Origin: Auanema rhodensis
Taxonomy: Eukaryota > Animalia > Nematoda
Assembly: GCA_964057225.1 (NCBI GenBank)
Contig: OZ059898.1
Location: forward strand, 4,092,001 to 4,156,000
Direction: 5' to 3'
DNA: 64,000 nt
Of the stretch, positions 44,434 to 55,632 are shown piece after piece. The notes under the pieces are model-generated. The model did not search any database. It saw only the letters and a list, made by a program, of their open reading frames with translations, and was not told the origin of the DNA. The translations under genes were made by a program, and so were the position numbers. Each line of letters starts with the position of its first letter. Within the stretch, counting starts at the first letter, position 1.

Positions 44434-45477
44434 AATATTATTGACCGATATATATATATATATATGTTGCAGAAGATCCGCCTACTAAACGCTGCTACAT
44501 ATACACTGACGCTCTTTAATTTTAGTTGAAACTTTGAAGCGAAAACTATCTTTTTTTTTTCGTTTTTCACAGAGATTACTACAGATTACTAAGCAAATAG
44601 TACACAAAAATAAGAACATTGTGCAACACATTATTGATTGAATTTGTAGAACTATTTTTTGAAGAGAATTCTCAGTTTTTTAAAGACGAAATTTTACTGA
44701 TCGAGCCATAATGCTTCATCAAACTTGTGAACGAAAAAATCAAATAATGTGAAAAAGAAGAAATTATGAGCACTACTGAAAGAGTAAAATGTTGTAATCG
44801 AAAACTGAAAGCATCAAACCAGAAAGTAGTCAAAATATCTCATTAATCACGAAGAAAATTAGTTGTCTTCTATTATGAGACAGTACAGTTATAAATCATG
44901 AATTCTCAAAAAATAAAGTTCAAGCCATAAATAAAAGAGAAGCAAGTACATATAATGTTATAGTCTATTATTCTAGCTGTTCGCCGTTTTGTCCGAATAT
45001 GGACTAAAACCAAAAATAAACTGTGATGAGACCCCGCTCAAGCAGAAAAGAACAATCAACAAACCAGCTTGCTGAACTCTAAAATTAACACGAATATTGA
45101 ATTCAGAAAGGACTAGCAGTTGAATTCCCTGATGGGTTACATCCTAATTCAATATCAAATTTGACTAGATTTTTAAAAACTTTAGAATCACGATCTTACA
45201 ACTGCACGCACAATATAAATATAATACAAAAAAATGACAAGACTTTTCAATCAACGGTTCATGAGAACATTACAATGAATAATAAACGTCCAGCTACATT
45301 GATATTGAGCGCGAAATATCAATCGTTGGTGACCCATTTCCCAGAAATTATTTCCAGATGAAAAGAAACATTTACAACATATTTTAAAACTAAGCAATTG
45401 AGATATTATTTAAAAAAAAAAGATTTTGTTTTCTTGCTGAACATACAATGCACTAGCTTTTTAGCTTATAAATATAT

Positions 45478-46687
45478 TCATTTTTTCCGATATTGCTCAT
45501 TGTGTCTACAACCACGTCTTTTATTTGCAGTTTCTTTTTTAGAAGAAACATTATGATTTTCCTGTTTGGCCAAATCAGAACATGATGATTCTACTTGGTT
45601 TTGTAACTCATTGCTGGATCCAGAAGGTTGTTCAGTCTCAGGTTGAATCTACAAGAACATATAAAATAGGATTGCAACATATCAGACCTGTATGAGATAT
45701 TTTTGCCGTTCTTCATCTTCATCTATAATACCGCCATTCATTTTCTGTTTTCGATAAATCATATCCATTTGGCATTTCTCCGACTTCCATCTATGAATAG
45801 AACAGTGTATACAGCTATTTTCTAGCATGATTACTTGTTCCAGTCAAAATCAAAACTTTGTGAGCTACTCGAAACTGGTAATTCTGTTGCATCGTGAGTT
45901 AATTCCAAACAAAGATTTTCCTCTACAATTTCTCTACATACGGGACAAAGTAAATTCTTAAAAGAAATAAAATAAACAAAACTTGATTAATTGAACTAAC
46001 CAGCTTCAAATTTTGTTTCATTCCGTATGGCAACTTTTCTAGTTCAACGAGTAAATCTTTTTTTCGGTGGGTGATATATATCCTAAAAAACTACAGTTCA
46101 CGACAAAAATCAATTAAACCTGAAGCATGTCTCATGGAAATAATGATCACATGGTGTGGCATAAACTGTGGAGCTAGAAAGATGATCAAAACAAATGTGG
46201 CAAATAGATAGATCCTCATCTTTAATCGTAAATAGAAAATCATTACATAACTAGAAGAGAGCATTAAAGTTTTCCATATTTTTTAAAATTACCTGAAGTA
46301 TGTCAAATATAACATTTTCACCTGAATGCTCCTTCAGGAAATCATTCACATGTTTCTGAAGAATAAAACAATTTTCTTCAGAAATTCCTCTCGGATTTGA
46401 CACGATTACCACAGGCGTAACAGTAGGATACTAAAAAAAATATAGAGCGATTCGACATTTTAATTTAAATACATCGGCAGGGATTTCAAAAGTTAATTTA
46501 ACAAATGATAATATTCCTGATTCTTCGTTAGGCTTGACTTTAATTTTTATCAGAACATTAGAATTCCTGAAACTTTTTCATTAATACAAAACTTCAAGAA
46601 AAGAGACGTTTCATTGGGGTAGGCTACTTCGATTTCATCACCATATATAGATTGCAACACTTCGATTTCTGATTGCAAATCATTCAT
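45478..46687 (-). CDS. RNF25/AO7-like RWD domain plus RING-H2 E3 ubiquitin ligase
   Basis: N-terminal SEIEVLQSIYGDE and YP motif of RWD. RING CHIC...CDHYFHETC...CPVCRE followed by QKMNGGIID, a segment typical of RNF25. Confidence 0.85.
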
Positions 46688-47080
46688 TCTGCAAGTTAGC
46701 CCTGATTATCCCTTTATTCGCCAACCATCAGTAATCAATAATTGAAGTAACACAATTATAAGACTGCGAGAACAGTAATATATTATCAAAAGGTTTATTG
46801 AAACGATACAATTATACAATATTGGAATAGTTATTAACGACAACAAAGAGAACAGTGGGCATAACATCATTTGAATACAAAAACAACTTACTTTGAAGGC
46901 TGATGGAATTTACGAAATAAAGCAATAAATGCATCCCAAAAGCCGCCAATGAGCGCAGCTATTACACATGTTCGGAAGTCAAATGTGAGTTTATGTAGCT
47001 TACCTCGAATCCTATCGAAAATTCTTCAGAAAACAATAACAGTATAAATAGATGAGTTAAAGGTTATAACAAGATTAGGT

Positions 47081-48165
47081 TTACTTCGCAAAGCGTTCAA
47101 GACGAGCTTGCTTTGCTGCTTCGATCTTAAATTTATTTTTAACAGAGAAGAACTAATAAAATTTACCTTGCTATTGTTATTATCTGATCCAAATCGTGCG
47201 GCACGTTTAGCAAGCATACTCGAATCAACCTGAAAACATTTTTCTGTGTACATAAAAATTCAATTCATACCGTTCCAGCAGAACTGGTCTTTCCGTCAGA
47301 ATTGACAGGTATTCCAAATCTTGAAATAAATTAAAGTTTTGAAAAAAAAGAATAAATCAAACCTTTGAGCTCTTTTCAAAAGCTTCTCTTTGGCATCATT
47401 ATCAATATTAGAATTTACAACGCCGAATCTACAAAAAAAGATATACAAAAAATAATAGAAACAAAGAGCAACCTTTCGGCTCTTTTTGCCTTGACATTAT
47501 CTGCGTCACCAGATACGATTCCAAAACTTAAAATGTATACATGAACTATTAAGTATTTATTAACATCATACCGTTCAGCTCTACGTTTTTTAGCTTCATC
47601 ACTTGTCATATCTAAATTGCCAATTGGAAGTCCGAGCCTTTGCGCCCTCTTTACGCGCTCGTCCTTAGTTTCTTCTGCTGGGGCTTGAATTTTATTCTGA
47701 AAGATAATTAATTTTTAAGTTAAACAACTTCATCATACTTTTTCTTTTCCTGTATTATCAGCATCACTTTGTTCCATACCTGTCTTGATATCAGAAGATA
47801 TATCTCCCAAAACATCTGCCGCACTATTGAGAATATCATCTAAACACATGAAGAAATACAACATATAGAAGAGCAAATACCTGAAGGCAAAACGTCTGAA
47901 TCAACAGTTGGATCAAGGATAGCATCCTCTTCAGCCTTAAATACCACAATAATTGTTTCATATAAATTAAGCAATTCTACCTTTCTGATACTCTCAGCAA
48001 GTCTTTCTACTAAAATTGCTTTCTTTCCATCAGTGGGCAAATTTTTTTTTGATAAAGCCTCTTTTAGTTGAGCCATCTAAAAATAGGAAACAACAAATTT
48101 ACAACATAAGATTATAATTAAAGTACCGTCATTTTCTCTAAATCTTTAACACTATTAGTGCTCAT
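47081..48165 (-). CDS. SARNP/CIP29/Tho1-like SAP-domain mRNA export factor
   Basis: SAP domain (MTMAQLKEALSKKNLPTDGKKAILVERL) followed by six RxxRF/LG-type repeats (RAQRLG, RAERFG twice, RAQRFG, RAARFG, RLERFA). Confidence 0.88.
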
Positions 48166-48826
48166 GATATTGCTTGGAATACCTACAAAAGTAGCTTAAG
48201 ATAAAAAACATCAATATAAAGTAAATAAATAAAACAATATTTGTGTATTCTATTTAAAATTTTATATTACTTCAAGAAGTCCATAGAAGTATTTAGGACC
48301 GACATGAAGTAAATTACAAGCCAATATGAATGGAAAGCAAAATGGTCAAGCGCTTAGATCCGAAAAATTGATGCCAATATATGAAACAAGAATTGCGTAT
48401 TGTACGCAAACAGAAAATGCGCGCGAAGTTCAAAGCTCTAAGTAAAAACAGTCGATACATAAAAATTAACTAATATCACAAGCGGGAATGAAGATTATCT
48501 GAAAAGAAAGATGAGAGTTTTGTGGTAATGTAAAGCTTTTAATGCCACTTGCTTGTGAAGTAAATGTTTTAAACATATCGGAAGTTTTACTTTTTGGATG
48601 TTCTGACAGGATTGAATTATTCTTTATAAACACTTCATGTTGTCCGTTTGTGAGACTATTGATATGAGTTGTTACTTGCATTTTATTGGAGAGAGCCAAA
48701 ACTTAGAGGTTTGAATGATAAGACGACATTAGTTCTTAGCGATAAGCAAACCATTGCTCTCTGAGTTCCTTTTTTGTGGTGTTCTGTTTTATTGCTTCTT
48801 GAAAGCCTTTGCTCTGAGGATTCTAT

Positions 48827-50956
48827 ATGAAATATCTCATTTTATTCATTTTCAATCTTGGATTGGCTACTTGTTTAAATGGGAAGAGTGTTGGTACTGA
48901 TGTCATTGCTTATCTTGGAGTTCCATATTCAAAGCCTCCTGTAGGAGAGTTACGATTTTCTGTAAGTGTGAGCATATTATAGAGACGTATTATCTACTTT
49001 AAAAGGAATCATCTGCTATAACTTTTGACAACCAGAAAGAATATAAGACTTGGTCGGCTCGTTGTGTATCGTCTAATGTCGAGGAAGGATTTAGCGAAGA
49101 CTGTTTGTATTTGAACATTTTTATGAGAAAAGATACCTCGAAAAAGGTTTGTAGTACGAAAATTATTATGAAGTATTCACGATTTAAAGGTTAATGTTTT
49201 ACTACATATCACAAATGATGACGTATCAGAAGAGAAAATTGCGTCTCTCGTTTCTTCCAATTTGACGGTGGTGATTGCTCATATACGTGATGGAATTTTA
49301 GGTATTTTTTATATCCTTTTTTTGTTCAAGCTAGCGAATTAAGGACATTTGAATGATGCTCCATATGCTATAAGTGACGTAAAGAGCATTATCCATTTCC
49401 TTTATAACACAGAAGAACTTTTGGTAGGTGATATAACGATTTGGGGAGAAGGTTCTATTGCAGAGACGATAGCAGCCACTTTGCCGCATATAGGTAATTG
49501 GCAAAAAAAAATTTTTTTATGCGTGAGTTTAGCTGTCAAAGCTAGTATTCAAATTAATGGAAACGGAGCAACACGTACTAGATATAGAGATCATTATGGA
49601 AAGAGAGCAATGCATGAAGTGATAACCTATTCAGAGGTAACGTGATTTGGATTTCTTCTTAAGATTATATTTCAGTGTGATGTTCCTTCTGAAGAGCAAT
49701 CGATTGACTGCTTAAGAACAAAGTCATTAAAAGAATTGATGGAGGTCAATAATGATGTTTGGGTGAGTATGACACTACACACTATATATCATATTTGAAA
49801 GTAGATATCATTTCGGCCTTTTGGTACTCCTTTTCGAGCACTGCGTTCCTTCGTCCCAGAAAACAGTGTCCCAACTATTTACGGCATGTATAAACATCTG
49901 GGAAAAGGTTTTATTCGGTCTGTTTTCATGAAAAAATTGAATATCCAATAGATTATCTATACGAATCAAGAGACTTTACGGAAAAATACGACTATGATGT
50001 ATTTAAGCAGTTTTTAGCTGATCTCATTCCTGAATCTCAGTTCAAGTGTGAAGAATTTAATTTTTACACAATTTATCAGAGGTTTTAGAAATGCTCCCTT
50101 AGTTCGTCGAATGTTGCTCCATCATTACATATATTCAACAGGTGATAAGCGAAACTCATATCACTTATACCAGCAAATGGAAAACGTATGAATATGAATA
50201 TATTTGGTTTTGTAAAAATCATTTCAGATCCTTTTTGACAAAGATTTCCATGTTCCAACTGAAATGCTCATTAGATATTTACTAGAACATAAGGTTTTTT
50301 TCCATTTCCATCCGAAACAAGACTGAAAGAATTTTAGAATAAAGTTTGGCTTATGGAATATGATGTTGATACTCCTCTTAGATCATGCTTGCAAGATGGA
50401 ACACCCGAAAACTTGGAAGCATTCTGTACAAGGCTTCTGAGTTTCTTCACTAGATTTGCAGAAAAGGAGTATGTTATACTTGTCATTTGCAGAAAAAAAA
50501 AACAATTCTAGTGAACCCACTGCGTATTCATGTGATCCAAAAAATCCAAATTTCCCTGAAATGAGTTCATCGAAACGACCTTACTATATCGTACTACCGG
50601 TAAATAATTCTCATAATTTTGCATGATATGATTCTTTCAAGGAAAATGGCATTGCTGACTGGAGATTTAACTATCATCTTCCAGAATATGAATTATGGAT
50701 GAGTCTAGTTAGTAGTTTATTTTCTAATAATTCAGTACAAGATTATGTTGCAGATTCCAATGCTAGATAATTTGGAGCTCGTAGGGTTCCGTAAACCACA
50801 CTATAAGGAAAAGGAGCAGATACAGCCACTCAAAGTGGAAGATGATGTACAGGTAAAAAGTATTTTAATATCATTGATTAGCCTATTATATAGGGATGGC
50901 ATACAGAGGAAGCCGAGAAGGGTGCTAAACTATACCAGGAAAGAAATGAACTATAG
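48827..50956 (+). CDS. Type-B carboxylesterase-fold protein, predicted catalytically inactive, with signal peptide and C-terminal RNEL
   Basis: Signal peptide, YLGVPYSKPPVGELRF, SEDCLYLNIF signature, nucleophile elbow ITIWGEGSIA, and IDCLRTKSLKEL. Last exon 50894-50956 ends ...QERNEL*. Confidence 0.85.
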
Positions 50957-51062
50957 TTGAGATCTACTGTGTCAGTACAAAATAATAAGAATAAAAAATA
51001 ATCAAAAGAGAAAAACAGAGCAACTTAGTACAAAGAAAATTTTAAAATAATCTTTACATACC

Positions 51063-53175
51063 TTAAAGAAAATTAGGGCAGTTGGGAGAGCATCTGAAAA
51101 GCAGTTATTGTAAACGCTAAAACAAGTGCAACTTACAAACAGTTCATTCCTTTATTTTTACCCGCTGTGTAAGTGAAAGTTAGTTCTTCTCCTAAATTGT
51201 GTATAAAATAAATGAACAGTTAGAATATGAAGTACCAAATGAAATCTTTCTGTTGCAGAGAAATACTATATGATTAATAATCGGATTTTGAGCATTGTAC
51301 ACATTAATTGGTACCAAATTAGGATCACAAGAATGATTAAAAAACCTACAACAGTTATTTTAATTACAAAGTAAAACTGAGCCATGAAGCATACCTGGTT
51401 TCATTCCCTCGCTTCAAAGCATCTACGCAAAAATTAAGTTGCTCATCGTTATGACCCTAAAACGATAGATATACTGCAAATAAAAATGGGAATACATACA
51501 ACAATATCAAAAAGATATGAAACGTTATCTTCATCTATCTGAGAAACAGGTAAAATCTAAAAATTTAGGCAATATAGTTCAGGAAATTTAATTTTACTCA
51601 ACTTCACCGACGTACCGGCCTATGTAAGTTCGAGGCGCTAAGTTTTCAGCTGCTAGGATGCTCCAGCCTTTATTTGGACTATCGTAGAACAAAATGAGTT
51701 TAACTTTTCTTTTTTTCTGTAAATTGTTTATGAAGAGGAAAACAAAACTTGCATACATTTACAAAACTACTTGAGCACTTCCCTTGGCATGAACAGAGAA
51801 TGCCACAATCTACAATAAAGTCTCCTCGATTGATCCGTCCTGTGATTGATCCATTTTTCGTTTTTAGTTGACTTTTATGAGTATACTAAAGTGGACCTTG
51901 ATTATGTATTGCTTAGAATATACTTACTGCACTGGTACAACATTTCCTTGCGCCACACTCATCTTTGCAATCACACCGTGATAATTCTATATTATCATTT
52001 CGTAAAGCCACACTAGATAAATTTTCGAAATAAACTCGACACTCATCATTTAAGACGTATCCATTAATATACTATACAGTTACAAAATAATATGACTTTT
52101 CAAGTTAATAACAAACTTCGAAGCAAGGTAAAACACGATGAGTTGTCCAGTTTTCCACGTATAATTCTGCTTCGCCTTGTAAGTCATATATATCTGCTAA
52201 CGTTTTCTCAAACTTCCTCAGACAAAGAATGTAATCACTCCATTCCGAAAAATTTTTAGAATCCACTTCCTGAATTTGAACTTTTGTCAATGTTATGAAA
52301 AATATTACTTACAGTAAATTCTTTTCTCTTTGTATAATTAGGATACAATCTCTCAAAATCAGGACCATATTTTTTTTTCATGTGACCTGCTAACCGTGTT
52401 ATAATTTCTTCACGTTGTTCATATTCTGTAATCTGAAACAGAATACTTAGCTGTGAAAGAAAATAATATTATACAATGTTTGTATCAGCAAAATCAGATA
52501 CGCTAAGCCACCACTCCTGATTCATACTATTTAACTCATACCCTTTCCATAACACCCGATATGTATATTGATTGCATTCCTGAAACATCTTCTAAGCATA
52601 AACAGTTTTCAAAACTTGACAAACAAATCGCTTATTCAAGACTAGATCAATTTCATAGTCACCCTCTTTTGTTCCTTCAGGGGTATCCGAGACATATTCC
52701 TCTTCAAGCAGTTTATGCAATTTAACCTTGTCAGTACCAGTGTGGATAGGAGCAGCATTGAATTCTGTGATAGAGAAATAACAATCTTGCAATATAATTA
52801 AAACAACCTTTGAGAAATCCTTCAGTTTCACATAAGTCTTCGGTATTAATAGCTGAAAAAGACTTTAAACAATGCTTCATTTGCAGAATGTACCATTTTG
52901 TTCAAGAAGATATTCTCCCAGAGTTCGTGTTCGATTTTCAACCATACCATTGTCATACAATTCTCTGAAAGTACATATTACAAATTGTCGTACCATAAGT
53001 TACATATTCTTACTTAAAAGTCAAAAAACAATCTACAGTTTTATAAGTGTTAGTATATTTCTTTTTAAAATCGGTCCGCAACTCTGAACCAGATCTTGAA
53101 CTATAAACACGGGCAAAATATTATTTAAAAAATTTTAAAACATAAGTGTTGAATATACCTGTCAGTTGAATCCAT
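51063..53175 (-). CDS. SUV39H/Clr4-type histone H3K9 methyltransferase (chromo-preSET-SET-postSET)
   Basis: Chromodomain YEIDLVL...YRVLWKGY...EWW at about 52480-52660; Cys-rich pre-SET (CDCKDEC..KCC, DCGILCSC); SET motifs KGWSILA, YVGE, VDA..RGNETRFFNHSCDPN and GEELTFTY; post-SET CLCSPNC. Confidence 0.85.
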
Positions 53176-53676
53176 TTATGATAATATAATATTTCTAGAA
53201 CAAATAAGTAAGGTAAACCTCAATTTTAAAAAAATATTAATAATTGAAATAAAGTTATTCATTAAAACATAATAGTGAAATTATGTCTCGTATATTGGCG
53301 TCCTAAATGTAAATGGGCGGGAGACCCTGCTCAGTTCAGTTCCATGTGAAGAAGATTTTATTTAGAAACTGTACAATCACAATCAGAGTAAAATTAATTT
53401 TTCTATAGTTTCGGTTATATTGTTTCAAATATGCTTTCAAAACAATTTGTAATCATTATAATTGACTTGGCTATTTGAATTTTGAAATGAAAAGGATATT
53501 TGCGCGTTCAATATGATGCATTCTTTAACAAAAAGTTCCTCTGTGGCTCAGTTATACAATAATAATTTTTTAAAATTAAACACTATCATTTTATTTAATA
53601 ACAAAAAAATATCAAAGTTTATTCAATGAACCGTAGTGACCAGTTCTGCTAAGTACAATGAAATAATTAGTATAGA

Positions 53677-55624
53677 TTAAGAATCTTTTATGAAAGAAAT
53701 TCGCCATCGTTTTTTCTTCTCTCTGCTTTTATCACGAAGAGCACTTTTCGGTAGCTTTGGTTCTTCTTTATTTACAACAATGGACGAACCAGATGCTGAT
53801 GTTGCAACAATATTATCATTGAGACGAAAAGATGCCAATGATCTGTTGTTTCACCATTTTGAAATAATTAATGAAGCGGTGGAAGTAAATACCTGGATGT
53901 ATCATCTACTCTTGACTCATCAATCATGTTCAGCGAACGCAGTGATCTGGTATCATTTTGACAATTCTGAATAGCAGGATATAATTTCTTTACTATATAT
54001 GCGAGCTAACATTAGTAACATTCATATTTAAGGAACGGAGTGAGTGCCGATCTGATTCATTCATTTTTGCCATCATTTCCTTAAACTCAATATTGTGCTA
54101 GGGATAAAAAGAATAATTACTTCATATAACTCATTCCATACGACGTCAGCTACTTTAACTCCAGCTATAGGTTCTATGATACTTACCGATGCTTTACCAC
54201 GTATCTAAAAACATTACTATTTGAGAACATTGGGTATGTTTTGTTTTCGTTACAAAGTAAAGTTTCCTTTTTTTTAACTACGAAACGTTGAATACGACAA
54301 AAAAAGAATAACTGGGCCCTAGTGTCTGTGACATTTCAATGTTGCTTATATCCTATGTCTCCTTTTGTGTATATATTGTGTTGTCGGGAGCTAAGAAGAC
54401 AGTCTCTCTTACAAATGGCCCCCATGGGGAATGTTGGAATAGGACAAATCTGCTCATTTCCATCTATTTGGTGCCAATTTGTCAAATAAGGTCACATAGA
54501 TGGGGACACTCAAGAGTGTTAAATGCGTCTTTGACTTTAGCTTGAAGAACAGCGATTATTCAGGATCATTTTTTCGAAATAGTCAGAGTATTACTTTTAG
54601 AATGAATTCGCAAATACTGAACCTTGGTTTCTAAATCAATCATTTGTTGGAAGAAACCAATATTGGGGCATATAATATTGCGACATATCTGTACATGCTT
54701 ATAAGCATCGTGAAGAGTCATTCTAAACATATTGTTCAATTAAATGATCAATGAGATTTCTTTCACTTCTCTATACACATCAGGTAAGCAATAGCAAATG
54801 TTGCAGAACGTGATATTCCCATAGCACATAGAAGTAAGCATCTACCAGCTGTTTTACGAGTATCATCAATTTCCTAGAATTGTTGATATATTAAATATTT
54901 TATCGAGCTCTTACTTTGAAAACTGTGGTCCAAAATGGAGCTAACTCTGTTGATTCTTCGTCCATCAAAGGGATATGAACTACACGCATATGTGGTGGCG
55001 AAGACAGACGAAACCCAGGTATGAGGTTTATAGTACAGCTGAATTTTGCTAAAAAAAGTAAGCAAATAAGATGAATTTTTATTATGTTATAAATGTTTTT
55101 GCTTGTAAAACTATGTTCGTCGTAAGCTCACCAGCTTTTTAATGGCTAAGTAAGCGAGCTTAATCGGAAACGCTTGGCGAACTTCCGATATCCCTCAATC
55201 GACCGAGCATAAGGTTGGACTTAACCGGCACGATATGTTATTGAATACACTTCAACCCCTATCCATTTTCATATCTATAGAATTTTTCTGTAATTTTTTT
55301 CTATGTGATTCATGTCATTACATTGAACACGCAAAAACTATACAAAACTTGAATTGCATTAACAATTAATTCAAATTGCCTTTGATGAATAGTTTCTATA
55401 AATATTGCTTTCATGGCCTAAGAGAATAGCAAAACTTTATAATTTCAATTATTCGATATTTTCACGTTGTTAAGAATTTACATTTCCTTATTTTTCTGTA
55501 TTTAATAAACTAATCACTTACAGAGAACACGAGGAGATAATCCTGCTAATCCACCTACATACAGGAAAGGTCGAATTTGAGAGCACAGTCTGGATTCTTT
55601 GTGTATAACACGACGAGAAGTCAT
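53677..55624 (-). CDS. Atypical dual-specificity phosphatase (DUSP14/18-like; resembles C. elegans ZK757.2 as recalled from memory)
   Basis: Exon 1 55624-55522 (MTSRRVIHKESRLCSQIRPFLYVGG...) splices in phase 1 to 55048 (KFSCTINL...IPLMDEES). Cx5R loop LLLCAMGISRSAT followed by AYLM and ICPNIGFFQQM. Stop at 53677. Confidence 0.9.
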
Positions 55625-55632
55625 TGTATATT

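Noticed and set aside
45022-45075. GTGATGA...CTGA C/D-like pair on + strand
   Set aside because: Antisense to the local genes, short, with no terminal stem or recognisable guide.
48466-48699. 77-aa - strand ORF between SARNP and the esterase gene
   Set aside because: No recognisable motif or exon structure; it lies in a divergent promoter gap.
54874-55065. ORF-track 63-aa ORF
   Set aside because: It is the wrong frame of phosphatase exon 2.
55130-55265. Apparent phosphatase exon (MLGRLRDIG...) with in-frame TAA/TAG stops, suggesting recoding or a pseudogene
   Set aside because: The true exon 1 was found at 55624-55522 and splices in frame. TAA, TAG and TGA are all used as normal stops in this window.
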